A program made the translations under genes and the position numbers. A model generated the notes under the pieces. The model made no database searches, was not told the origin of the DNA, and saw only the letters and a program-made list of their open reading frames with translations. This document shows, piece by piece, positions 10,601-19,142 of a stretch of 64,000 nucleotides of DNA (within the stretch, counting starts at the first letter, position 1; every line of letters begins with the position of its first letter). The stretch lies in the IMG/VR virus record IMGVR_UViG_3300025450_001231. One strand, given 5' to 3'. The DNA is from a virus (taxonomy: Duplodnaviria > Caudoviricetes).

Positions 10601-10872
10601 CAAACGACAGTATTACACGCAGTGGCGTTAAAGCAGTTGTAAGTTCTATGCTAAACGATTTGATTAGCAAGCGCGGTATCACTGATTATTTGGTTGTATG
10701 TGATAGTACAAACAATACTCCAGACCGTGTTGACAGAAATGAACTATGGATTGATGTAGCGATTGAACCAACTAAAGCAGTTGAGTTTATCTACATACCG
10801 ATTAGATTGATGGCTTCAGGAGCTATTACATCGGGACTAGCGGCCGCAGAAATAGCAGGAAAAGGGGCATAA
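7615..10872 (+). CDS. gp18: Contractile tail sheath protein (gp18-like, 1085 aa with insertions)
   Basis: MATLVSPGVSVTVTDES start; WFAPAGSRRG, LDRINVARL, FEPND, IDVAIEPTKAVEFIYIP. Confidence 0.95.
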   Translation: MATLVSPGVSVTVTDESNYSPNSLGTVAYILLATAQNKTAPGGTSIAAGTLSQNADKVYTITSQRDLVTTFGNPFFATTNSGAAINADEQNEYGLMAAYSLLGVSNTVYVQRANVDLGGLTGTTIRPVDNPATGTYWLDTSTTNWGIYQWDAFTQSFTEQSPIVITNPSLLVSNTTPNVTLGGIGSYAVNAYQSNNVLYYKGLSNTWNIVGSTQWQYDIPTITGSVLNPVIPSGGGTIDVNGTNITFTSGENLASIIATINGAGPDSNNVVATTNSVNQLILTGSALSSGQQITITGDTNVMQALGLHSGTFTVPQVQIAPYYNIPQWQGPVGGGESPPTGSVWQKTTTLGGGLSPVVNKYNATNVAWETQKVTEYPDVLTATFSLDPTAGGLNITQNSIFAQYNVKQDNITPSVYFWVRNASGPTIGTGTTTTPTYNNGQFNITVRPTVNSPSTTTYTVTVSQPSAFGFISAVSAAGIPNVSAKLATSGAMTLVHATGGDIIIYENDGYNVLGGVGLTAGTHNNITVDPSGSGNSIISNWVPLAYIPSSTQPYIDPADGTYWYYDSPAHVDIMINDGTNWKGYRTLAADIRGYNLQQTNVNGPIVSSSAPTAQDNGNSLVYGDLWLDTSDLENYPSIYRWQSVNAANQWVKIDLTDETSQNGIIFADARWSVNGTTDPSTDAMPSVASLALSNYLDLDAPDPTIHPRGMLLFNTRASGYNVKQFRFNYFNGTSFPDQSLPAQKNAWVSVSGYDAGNSPNFGRKAQRGVVVAALKSAIDSSTVLREEQHAFNLIACPGYPELIPNMVTLNDDRGDTAFIVGDTPMRLPATGTAIQAWAQNSNNAPTTGEDGLTITNPYVGIYYPSAQTNDLSGNAIVVPPSHVALRVISLSDNMSYQWFAPAGSRRGLIDNASSIGYVDADSGAYYPVGITQGLRDVMYTNSINPYTNLPGTGLLVYGQKTLSPTPSALDRINVARLVNYLRRQLSIITRPYLFEPNDSITRSGVKAVVSSMLNDLISKRGITDYLVVCDSTNNTPDRVDRNELWIDVAIEPTKAVEFIYIPIRLMASGAITSGLAAAEIAGKGA

Positions 10873-10873
10873 G

Positions 10874-11491
10874 ATGGCAGTTTCATCATTAACTAAATTT
10901 ACAGTACCATTAGGTCCTGGACAAAGTAGCACAACACAAGGTATGTTGATGCCTAAACTCAAGTTTCGCTTTAGAGCGACATTTGATAATTTTGGTGTAA
11001 GCAATCCTACAACAGAGTTGACTAAACAAATTGTAACATTTGCAAGACCAAATTTAACATTTGATCCTGTTGAAGTTCCTGTTTACAACAGCAGAATTTA
11101 TCTTGCTGGACGTCCAACTTGGGATCCTTGCCAAGTTACACTCAGAGATGATGCGGTAGGCAGTGTTACTACATTAATCGGCGAGCAATTGCAGAAGCAA
11201 TTCGATTTTATGGAGCAGGCCAGTGCTAGCGCAGGCGGTGACTATAAGTTTATTACTACATTAGATATATTAGATGGCGGTAATGGACAGTACGAACCAG
11301 TTGTACTTGAAGAGTGGCAATTATATGGTTGTTTCTTAACTAATGTTAATTACAACGATGTTGATTATGGTTCCAATGATCCAGTTACTATCACTCTGAG
11401 CATCCGTTACGACAACGCTATTCAAGTTGTTGGCGGTGGTGTTGGTACTAGTATTGGTAGAAACATTAGTTCTTCTTCAGCTACTTCCTAA
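10874..11491 (+). CDS. gp19: Tail tube protein (gp19-like)
   Basis: Follows sheath; PKLKFRFR, W..CQVTLRDD, EEWQLYGCFLTNVNYNDVDY. Confidence 0.85.
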   Translation: MAVSSLTKFTVPLGPGQSSTTQGMLMPKLKFRFRATFDNFGVSNPTTELTKQIVTFARPNLTFDPVEVPVYNSRIYLAGRPTWDPCQVTLRDDAVGSVTTLIGEQLQKQFDFMEQASASAGGDYKFITTLDILDGGNGQYEPVVLEEWQLYGCFLTNVNYNDVDYGSNDPVTITLSIRYDNAIQVVGGGVGTSIGRNISSSSATS

Positions 11492-11510
11492 GCTGATATC
11501 AACTAAAAAC

Positions 11511-11536
11511 AAAAGCCCACTCGAGTGGGCTTTTTT
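11511..11536 (+). terminator. Intrinsic terminator
   Basis: AAAAGCCCAC-TCGA-GTGGGCTTTTTT hairpin plus U-tract after tube gene. Confidence 0.9.
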
Positions 11537-11553
11537 ATTGCATAAATATATGT

Positions 11554-13419
11554 ATGTCAAGTGATCTGTCTAACCAATATCTTAAACCTATACTCAGAGG
11601 CGAAGCAACTCACCCGTATGCTCACGCCACAAAACTATTTGTAGAAGATAATTATAGGTTAGCTCCCAAGCCAGCTCATCTTTATTATGTCTATTTTGAT
11701 GTTAATCCAGGCGCACTGTCATTGGTTAGTAGTGCACCCCAACAATACATCGAAGCAGGTATGTTGGCCAAACGTGTTGAACTTCCTAAATTCAATACAA
11801 ATACAAAAACATTGAATGCGTATAATAGAAAAAATATTATACAAACACATATCACATACGATCCTATTACTATTCAATTCCACGACGATGCAGCAGATGT
11901 TGTATTAAGTTTTTGGAATGACTATTATTCTTATTATTACAGAGACAGTGATTATACTCCTGAATCTTATACTTCACCTAGCAAATATCAACCTAGAGCA
12001 AATCAAGACTGGGGATTTACTCCACGCTCTCAAAGTGTAGCACCATTCTTGAATAGTATTAAAATATACAGTATGCATAATAAAGAATTTACTGAATATA
12101 TTTTAATTAATCCTTCGATAACAGCTTGGCGCCACGGCGAGCACAACAGCAGTGAAGGCGGTGGGTTGATGGAACACTCAATGACTATCGCTTTTGAAAC
12201 TGTGCAGTATAGAGGTGGAGTAGTAGATTTAGAAAATGAACCAATTGGTTTAGGCTTGCATTATGATAATTATCTAAGTCCGATCAGCAGTGGGAATGAA
12301 CCAGTAAACACATATAGACGAGATTTTAGCAGCCCCGACAGTTACTATAATGTAAATTATGGCGCACCTCTGAATATACCGAGCCTAAGTGCAGTCAATG
12401 CTAGTATTAACAATTTGACTAATCGTTTGGTTGGTGGACTAGTAGGCGGTGTAGTAAATGGCATCAACGGTGGCAGTTTTTATCCTACTATGGGCGGAGT
12501 TCCTGGATACGGCGGAATCAGCAGTACTAATCAATTGTACGCCGGACTAGGTGTTGCAGGTCTTCCCAATCCGTATGCATTGAAAAATGTAGGCAAAAGC
12601 ATTACTGCTACTATCGAAAATGCCGCAGTAGGAACAGTTGCCGGAGCCGCAACTGCAGCAATATTCAGTGCAGCTAACACATTTGATCAAGGTGTTAATA
12701 CTTTACTAACTGGTAGCCCTGCCAATCCGGCTAGTAGTGGGATATACAATGTCAATCCAACAAATGGGTTAATTTCAATTGGGCCCGACGGTCAGCCAGT
12801 GGCCGGACAATCAATGTATCTCACTCAAGGTAGTCAAAACGGATTGCCTTACGGAGGTATACAACAAACTAGTACAAGCAGTAGTGGCCAAGTTCAAAAT
12901 GGTTTGTATATGACAAAGAATGGCTATTTACAAACACCTGGTTCAGGAATCGGCGCACAATTAACCAATACAATATCTGGTGCAGTTGGTGCAGTTGCCG
13001 GATTAGAAGCAGGTGCTTATGTTACGCAATCACTTAATTCTAGTGCATTAGGTAAAACAGTTGTAGGAAGAATTGTTAGTGGAGCAGTAGGAGTTGCAGT
13101 AACTAACAGTATCAGCAAAGCAGTGAATAACGGACTACAGTCATTGACCAATGGTGTAACTGGTTCAGTAAGTCAGGTGTGGAATTCTGCTACTGGTTCG
13201 ATTAATAATGTTAACAGCGATACTCCGCAGTCTCCGGCTCCTGTACAGGATCTCAGTACATATGGTGCAAGCTCTACTAATCCCGGAGTCAATCAAGCCA
13301 GTGTAACAAATCCAGATCAATTTGGAACTTCTAGTGTAAGCATTCAACAAGGTAGTCCGTTATCTGGCGGAGATTTATTAAATGCTGGCAGTGAATCCGC
13401 CCCTCCTTTTGATGACTAA
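11554..13419 (+). CDS. Tail-tube-like/baseplate-tube junction protein with long Gly/Ser/Thr/Asn-rich C-terminus
   Basis: KRVELPKF...YNRKNIIQTHITYDPITIQFHDD, ITAWRHGEH...MTIAFE resemble tube-fold proteins (gp19/gp48/gp54). Confidence 0.55.
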   Translation: MSSDLSNQYLKPILRGEATHPYAHATKLFVEDNYRLAPKPAHLYYVYFDVNPGALSLVSSAPQQYIEAGMLAKRVELPKFNTNTKTLNAYNRKNIIQTHITYDPITIQFHDDAADVVLSFWNDYYSYYYRDSDYTPESYTSPSKYQPRANQDWGFTPRSQSVAPFLNSIKIYSMHNKEFTEYILINPSITAWRHGEHNSSEGGGLMEHSMTIAFETVQYRGGVVDLENEPIGLGLHYDNYLSPISSGNEPVNTYRRDFSSPDSYYNVNYGAPLNIPSLSAVNASINNLTNRLVGGLVGGVVNGINGGSFYPTMGGVPGYGGISSTNQLYAGLGVAGLPNPYALKNVGKSITATIENAAVGTVAGAATAAIFSAANTFDQGVNTLLTGSPANPASSGIYNVNPTNGLISIGPDGQPVAGQSMYLTQGSQNGLPYGGIQQTSTSSSGQVQNGLYMTKNGYLQTPGSGIGAQLTNTISGAVGAVAGLEAGAYVTQSLNSSALGKTVVGRIVSGAVGVAVTNSISKAVNNGLQSLTNGVTGSVSQVWNSATGSINNVNSDTPQSPAPVQDLSTYGASSTNPGVNQASVTNPDQFGTSSVSIQQGSPLSGGDLLNAGSESAPPFDD

Positions 13420-13427
13420 TAAAAATT

Positions 13428-13817
13428 ATGAGTAATCGAGTAACCCTAGTACCTCCCAGCAATATTGTTAGTACCAGTAACGGTTCTGCAGATGCTACTA
13501 CAAAATATTTTAATAACTATTTTACACCCAATTATAGTATTAGCAGTAATGCGAATAATGCTATAGTCAGTTTTTTTGAAACAATGACAGGCAGTACAGC
13601 TAGCGCGGTATTGTTAGCGCAAGCATTGATTAATAGTGCTAATGCACAAAGAGAAAATCCATTGGTATTATTGGACAGTTTTAAGAAAATGTCTCCTAGT
13701 GAGCTTACACCGTTATTGACACTATATTTGAATTCGACAAGAGTACCCACTAGTTTATTGGGTATTAAAAATCCACAAACACCCAGTCAATTGATTGCTA
13801 GAAAAATCTTAGTATAA
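13428..13817 (+). CDS. Hypothetical structural-module protein (129 aa)
   Basis: Co-oriented ORF, translationally coupled to next gene. Confidence 0.6.
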   Translation: MSNRVTLVPPSNIVSTSNGSADATTKYFNNYFTPNYSISSNANNAIVSFFETMTGSTASAVLLAQALINSANAQRENPLVLLDSFKKMSPSELTPLLTLYLNSTRVPTSLLGIKNPQTPSQLIARKILV

Positions 13818-14245
13818 TGGCCAAGTATAGTCAAGGAAAATATCAAATACAAAACCCAGCAAAGTATATAGGCAAAAGTATGCCTACTTACCGTAGCAGT
13901 TGGGAGTTTGCTTTTATGCAGTTTTGCGACAATAACCCAGCAGTTACACAATGGGCAAGTGAAGCGATTCGCATCAATTATAAAAATCCGTTTACAAACA
14001 AAAACACAATCTATGTACCAGACTTTTTAATTGTGTATATTGATAAAAATGGCAAGCAACACGGCGAAGTTATTGAAGTAAAACCCAGTACAGAAACCAC
14101 TATGGAAGCGGCCCGTAGCGTAAGAGATAAGGCAATGGTGGCACTTAATATGTATAAATGGGAAGCTGCAAGAAAGTTTTGTGCAGCACAGGGATTGACA
14201 TTCCGTGTAGTCAACGAAAAAGACATTTTCCACGGCTCAAAATAA
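13817..14245 (+). CDS. Head completion nuclease (T4 gp4-like, TnsA-type)
   Basis: YRSSWEFAFM.FCD, YVPDFLI, EVKP PD-(D/E)xK motif. Confidence 0.85.
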   Translation: MAKYSQGKYQIQNPAKYIGKSMPTYRSSWEFAFMQFCDNNPAVTQWASEAIRINYKNPFTNKNTIYVPDFLIVYIDKNGKQHGEVIEVKPSTETTMEAARSVRDKAMVALNMYKWEAARKFCAAQGLTFRVVNEKDIFHGSK

Positions 14246-14261
14246 TAACGGTAAATACCGT

Positions 14262-14753
14262 ATGACCAAAAAACTTCAAGAACTTTTTAATCTGCCAGAA
14301 CCTGTATCCGAGAATACAACTGCTGAAACTGCCGATGCTGCACTAGAAGAACATCGTGCAATATTTGCTGAAATTGACTCAACCATAGATAAAATTGACG
14401 AAGCATTGCCTGGAGTACGGGGGTTAGATGCTAGTGATCAAGAAATGGATGAACTTGCTACTATGGCCAAAGATAAATTCAATGATCTAATGGACCTTGG
14501 TATGAATATGGAAGCTAGATTTAGCGGAACTGTGTTCCAAACAGCAGGTGTATTATTGGGACACGCTATAACTGCTAAACAAGCTAAACTAGACAAGAAA
14601 TTACGTATGGTTGATCTACAACTTAAAAAAATGAGATTAGATCATCAGATTAAACAAGATAAAGGTACCCCAGATGCTGCAATCGAGGGTCAAGGAACAG
14701 TATTAGACCGTAATAGTCTACTAGCAGAAATACTGAACAAACCCAAGCAATAA
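14262..14753 (+). CDS. Helical protein, possibly terminase small subunit
   Basis: Acidic helical/coiled-coil protein near gp4; late motif upstream; assignment tentative. Confidence 0.3.
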   Translation: MTKKLQELFNLPEPVSENTTAETADAALEEHRAIFAEIDSTIDKIDEALPGVRGLDASDQEMDELATMAKDKFNDLMDLGMNMEARFSGTVFQTAGVLLGHAITAKQAKLDKKLRMVDLQLKKMRLDHQIKQDKGTPDAAIEGQGTVLDRNSLLAEILNKPKQ

Positions 14754-14792
14754 TTTCCAAAACCTGCTAAATATCTAATAATAGGACAAATT

Positions 14793-15410
14793 ATGAAATC
14801 ATTTCTCTCATATCTTACTGAAAGTACAAGAACTTATGATTTTAGAATTAGAATAGCTTGCGAGATGTCAGATGACATTATGGGCAAGTTAAAAACAATT
14901 CTAGAAATGTATAAGTTAGAAAGCATCAGTAAACCACGCAGACTACCAATCCAAGAAACTCCTGAGTTTCCTAATATGGGACCAGTGGAAGTTAATGTTA
15001 TTGACATCGTATTAGGATATCCCACCAACGATGAAAAGATTCGTAGTTTGATTGCAGAGTGCGGATGTGTACCTGCTGCCTGTGTAAGAGTAACCCCGAC
15101 AAATAGTCCGTATGAATTGGTACGTGACGGTAAAGAAATCAGTAATCTTCACGGCAAACCTGGCGAAAGCGTGCTAATGCAAGCTGAGATGGTTGCAGAG
15201 AAAAAAGACGAAGAATTAGTCGGCGACGCTCGAATCCCCAGCATCATGAAAGAATTACAAGATACACGAAAATACAAGTATCCAGATGCTGCAGGAGGCG
15301 AGCCTGCTGATGCTAAAACCAGTAACAGTTACCCACAAGGCCAAACTAGTCCAGTTGGCACACATAAAAATTCAATCCCTTCGGACGCCAAATTGAAAGC
15401 AGGAAAATAA
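14793..15410 (+). CDS. Putative encapsidated internal protein
   Basis: N-terminus MKSFLSYLTES resembles T4 capsid-targeting sequence MKTYQEFIAE. Confidence 0.45.
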   Translation: MKSFLSYLTESTRTYDFRIRIACEMSDDIMGKLKTILEMYKLESISKPRRLPIQETPEFPNMGPVEVNVIDIVLGYPTNDEKIRSLIAECGCVPAACVRVTPTNSPYELVRDGKEISNLHGKPGESVLMQAEMVAEKKDEELVGDARIPSIMKELQDTRKYKYPDAAGGEPADAKTSNSYPQGQTSPVGTHKNSIPSDAKLKAGK

Positions 15411-15412
15411 TC

Positions 15413-17863
15413 ATGAGCAACAATAATTTATACGACATTCTAAACAACTTCAACAAAGTAGCTGTTACTGAAAACAAAAAGCCTGCGGCGACCACAGAAG
15501 CAAAACCTAAGACTAAACTTGAAGAAAGTATTCAGCAGGTTATTAGCGAAAAATATATGGGATTTAAGGCAGTTGAAAAAGCTGCTAAAGCAGGCGGAGC
15601 AGAAAATCCTGCTGCAGTTGCTGCCAGCATTGGTCGCAAAAAATACGGTAAGAAAAAATTTCAAGCCGCTGCCGCTAAAGGTAAGAAGTTAGGCGAAGGA
15701 TGGGATCCATCACAAGAAGTAAAACAGTCTGCTATACAATATATGAAAAGTACTGGAATACGCAACATAAATGATTTGGATGCAGAAGCTATTCAATATA
15801 TTGGTGATGAAAATCAAATTAATTATGCTGAGGTTTGTAAAATTCTTGGTTGTGACTTACCAAAAGAATTAGGTCCAGTTAAATCCTATGACCGTCACGG
15901 TGATATGGAAGAAGACTATGCAAGCATGGGAATCGGGATGGCCGAAGAAAATGACGAATATGATGATAGCGATATGGTCAAAAACGAATTGCATACTATA
16001 ATTCGTGCCGCAGAAGAACTTGAGCAACATATCACTGACGGAAAAGAAATACCAGCTTGGGTACAATCTAAAATTGCACAGGCCAAGGGTATGGTTGATA
16101 GTGCCAGTGAATATATGATTAGCGATCAAGAACGCAATCATGAAGAAGAGTCTGGGGAAGAAAATTTCCACCCAGAGATAGCAGAAGGCTGTCATGCTTG
16201 TGAAATGGGCGAGTGCGAAACACACGGTGTTATGTCTGCAGTAAATGAAAAAGCAGTTAGTAAAGCTCAACAAAAGTTTATGGGTATGGTACACGCTGCA
16301 CAAAAAGGCGAAAAAGCTGCTAGTCCAGAAGTTGCCAAAGTTGCAAAAGGCATGACTAAGAAAGCTGCCACAGATTATGCTAGTACAAAGCACAAAGGAT
16401 TGCCTGCACACGTAGGCGAAAATGCTTTTGATTATAAAAATACTCCTCGTCAAACATCAGACGATGATACCAAGACACATCATACTAAGAAACACATTAG
16501 TACAGGCACCGTTTATACTAAGAAGTTTGATAGTCATGGACACAGTATGGGCACCGCTGATACTGTAGACACAGTTAAAAAAGGACGTGGTCGTCCTAAG
16601 AAAAGCCAATTTGAAAATACAAGTCATAAAACTATCAACAAGATGGTCAACGGTATTTTCGAAAGCATTGACAGTTCAATGTATGTAGAAACTGCTCCAG
16701 ATCAGTTGTCATATGAGCAAAGCCATTTGAAAGATCATTTAGGCAGTCACTTGTATAAGAAATTAAATTCAGCAATGAAAACAGGCGATGGATTCCCTGA
16801 TGATTTGTATGATAATTTGTTTACATATTTCCAAGACGAAATGCCCTACGGTATAGCTAAAGCTCGTACCGGCGATCCATACGAGTGGATTGAAAATAAA
16901 TTAACTGAAATATTCCCTGAATTGCAAGAAAATCTTTTGCAAGGTATTGGTAATAAATTAGCTACAGGTGCAAAAGCAGTTGCTGGTGGAATCAACAAAG
17001 TAATTGGCCATCCTGATGACCAAGCAATGTTGAAAGATTTGGAAAAGAAAACTCATCCACAAACTCCAGCACCCGCACAAAAAGATTCGCAAGACATCGA
17101 AGAAATGATTCGTCTTGCTGGTTTAAGCGAGTCTAAAAAAGTTAAAGAAGCTGATATGGAAGAAGGCAATGCATTCGGCAAAGCAGAGCAAGATGCAGTA
17201 AAAGCTGGTAAAGATGAATTTGAAGTTGGCGGAAAAACTTACAAAGTTAAAGAAGACAAAACATCCAAGCCTGACTTTTTAGATATTGATAAAGATGGCG
17301 ATAAAGAAGAGTCATTCAAAAAAGCTGTTAAAGATAAAGAAAAAGTAAAAGAAGAATTTGCTGCTGAATGTGGTGAAATGAGCCCAATGAGTGGACAATC
17401 CGAGCAACAGGGAAAAATGAATATCAGTACTAATATGAGTACAGACGGCAATAAGAGTATTACTATTACTGCTGACGGGGATACTGCAGTCGAATTAATG
17501 CAAATGCTTAAACTAGCAGGTGTAGGCGGTGGGCAACAACCAACTGCCGAAGTTAAGCCAATTGAAGTAGTTGTTGGCTCTACTAACGGTGCAGAAGTTG
17601 CAGCAGAAGAAGAAATGGCTGAAGCTAAAGACGGCCGTTACGAAGCTAATACAACTCCTGATGTACACGTTATGGATGTACAAACGTTAACCAAAGGCGG
17701 TAACGGTGAAATTGCTGGTAAAGAAAAACAAATGACCAAACACGGTTACAAGTTTGGTGACAACCCGATGGCTATGAAAGACATTGAGGAAGGTATCGAC
17801 AAATTAGATACAATGGGCTTACGCTTAATGAAAGAATACGAAAGTATTAAAATTAAAAAATGA
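15413..17863 (+). CDS. Large modular acidic/basic protein, probable head internal or scaffold-like protein
   Basis: 816 aa; AT-hook-like GRGRPKK, EF-hand-like DIDKDGDKEE, EKAVSKAQQKFMG motif, many L/V-x-E sites. Confidence 0.5.
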   Translation: MSNNNLYDILNNFNKVAVTENKKPAATTEAKPKTKLEESIQQVISEKYMGFKAVEKAAKAGGAENPAAVAASIGRKKYGKKKFQAAAAKGKKLGEGWDPSQEVKQSAIQYMKSTGIRNINDLDAEAIQYIGDENQINYAEVCKILGCDLPKELGPVKSYDRHGDMEEDYASMGIGMAEENDEYDDSDMVKNELHTIIRAAEELEQHITDGKEIPAWVQSKIAQAKGMVDSASEYMISDQERNHEEESGEENFHPEIAEGCHACEMGECETHGVMSAVNEKAVSKAQQKFMGMVHAAQKGEKAASPEVAKVAKGMTKKAATDYASTKHKGLPAHVGENAFDYKNTPRQTSDDDTKTHHTKKHISTGTVYTKKFDSHGHSMGTADTVDTVKKGRGRPKKSQFENTSHKTINKMVNGIFESIDSSMYVETAPDQLSYEQSHLKDHLGSHLYKKLNSAMKTGDGFPDDLYDNLFTYFQDEMPYGIAKARTGDPYEWIENKLTEIFPELQENLLQGIGNKLATGAKAVAGGINKVIGHPDDQAMLKDLEKKTHPQTPAPAQKDSQDIEEMIRLAGLSESKKVKEADMEEGNAFGKAEQDAVKAGKDEFEVGGKTYKVKEDKTSKPDFLDIDKDGDKEESFKKAVKDKEKVKEEFAAECGEMSPMSGQSEQQGKMNISTNMSTDGNKSITITADGDTAVELMQMLKLAGVGGGQQPTAEVKPIEVVVGSTNGAEVAAEEEMAEAKDGRYEANTTPDVHVMDVQTLTKGGNGEIAGKEKQMTKHGYKFGDNPMAMKDIEEGIDKLDTMGLRLMKEYESIKIKK

Positions 17864-18270
17864 AAATAACCGAAATCATTAGCGAAGCTAAAGACATACC
17901 GGCCGATCCTAAAAAATTAGACGGCGCTCAAGTTGCCAGTCTTAAGGGCGCAGTTAGTATTCCTGATATTAGCAATAACAAATCAAATGGTAGTGCTTAC
18001 TTGCAATACAGATTTGGTATTGCATTAGGCGGTGCTGGAGCAGGTAGCACGCCAAGTGAGCATACTGATCCAGCTGGAGCATTTAGCGGTGATCCAGTAA
18101 TGTTGACTTATACTGATGAAGAAGGCGAAATGATTAATAACGCTGCCAAAATGGTCGGGGTTGGCCATGTAATACCATTGGGTAGTCGCAAAAGTCTAGA
18201 ACGTGACGATGTACATAAAGTTAGCCCAATGACACCACGTGGGCCTATTAAACCAAAACGCAGAAAATAA
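17860..18270 (+). CDS. Putative encapsidated protein (136 aa)
   Basis: MKITEIISEA propeptide-like N-terminus; overlaps upstream stop. Confidence 0.5.
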   Translation: MKITEIISEAKDIPADPKKLDGAQVASLKGAVSIPDISNNKSNGSAYLQYRFGIALGGAGAGSTPSEHTDPAGAFSGDPVMLTYTDEEGEMINNAAKMVGVGHVIPLGSRKSLERDDVHKVSPMTPRGPIKPKRRK

Positions 18271-18558
18271 ATGCAACAATATAAATTCCGCAGCAATGAT
18301 TTTGTACCTGAAGGTGAAACAGGTATAGACGATGCAGTATTGGATGTCAATGATCCAATCAACGAAATGCGGGTATTAGCTGGGTTGGGCAATCAACCAC
18401 AGTGGACAGAGTACAAAGGTCAACCTGGCAGTAATATCAGTGCTACTGCTACTGCCAAAGCTGAACTAATGAAAGAAAACAACATCAAGCCTGGAACACC
18501 TGAATGGTTCCAGCTTTGGTTTTCTAGACCGTACTTGACGGGCGAACCGCCGGTTTAG
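18271..18558 (+). CDS. Hypothetical protein (95 aa)
   Basis: Abuts upstream ORF; C-terminal IKPGTPEWFQLWFSRPYLTGE. Confidence 0.6.
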   Translation: MQQYKFRSNDFVPEGETGIDDAVLDVNDPINEMRVLAGLGNQPQWTEYKGQPGSNISATATAKAELMKENNIKPGTPEWFQLWFSRPYLTGEPPV

Positions 18559-19072
18559 GATCAATTCCCAAATAACGATACCAACTTTCGTGCTGAACGT
18601 GCACTGGTCTTTCTTTCCAACGATTTAACAATTGAAAATGTGATGGGTGATAGGGTTCACGCAAAGGCTTAATACGTTTGTGTCCTTTTTCGCTATTACA
18701 ACTTTTGCAGGCTGCAACAGTATTCTCCCAAGTAGTGCGTCCGCCGTCACAACGTGGAATCACGTGATCAATAGTCAGCTCTTTGTAATCAAATGTATCT
18801 GCACAGTATTGACACTGAAACATATCTCTCAAAAACAAATTGCCTCTACTAAATTTAGCAGACTTTTTGAATTTGAAATATTCTTTACTAACAACTACTG
18901 CAGGCACATTCATTGAAAAATGCTCACTGCGTATTAGCCAATCATCGTACTCTTCAAGTACAGTTACTTTATCTAAAAAATATAATTTTATACAATGTTG
19001 CCACCCGATAACACTGAGAGGTAAGACAGAAACTGGGTTCCAGTCACTGTTTAATAATAGTACGTCAGACAA
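18524..19072 (-). CDS. HNH endonuclease (McrA-like)
   Basis: RDMFQCQYC...LTIDHVIPRCDGG.TTWENTVAACKSCNSEKG. Confidence 0.9.
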   Translation of the reverse strand: MSDVLLLNSDWNPVSVLPLSVIGWQHCIKLYFLDKVTVLEEYDDWLIRSEHFSMNVPAVVVSKEYFKFKKSAKFSRGNLFLRDMFQCQYCADTFDYKELTIDHVIPRCDGGRTTWENTVAACKSCNSEKGHKRIKPLREPYHPSHFQLLNRWKERPVHVQHESWYRYLGIDPKPAVRPSSTV

Positions 19073-19095
19073 TTTGAAATCTCATTAGTTGTAGT

Positions 19096-19103
19096 TATAA
19101 ATA
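19096..19103 (+). promoter_or_regulatory. T4-type late promoter TATAAATA (representative of a recurring (A/C/G)TAAATA motif)
   Basis: Exact TATAAATA at 19096 and 41313; variants at 5332, 7551, 11542, 14251, 14767, 20712, 27316, 34775, 48544, 56706 just upstream of genes. Confidence 0.7.
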
Positions 19104-19142
19104 CACATATATGTATACCTATTATACAGTATTTAACGAACG

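Noticed and set aside
733-14233. Antisense ORFs inside structural genes (733, 2087, 2924, 8211, 8580, 9798, 13165, 14011 and others)
   Set aside because: Codon-bias shadows of long genes with no independent signals
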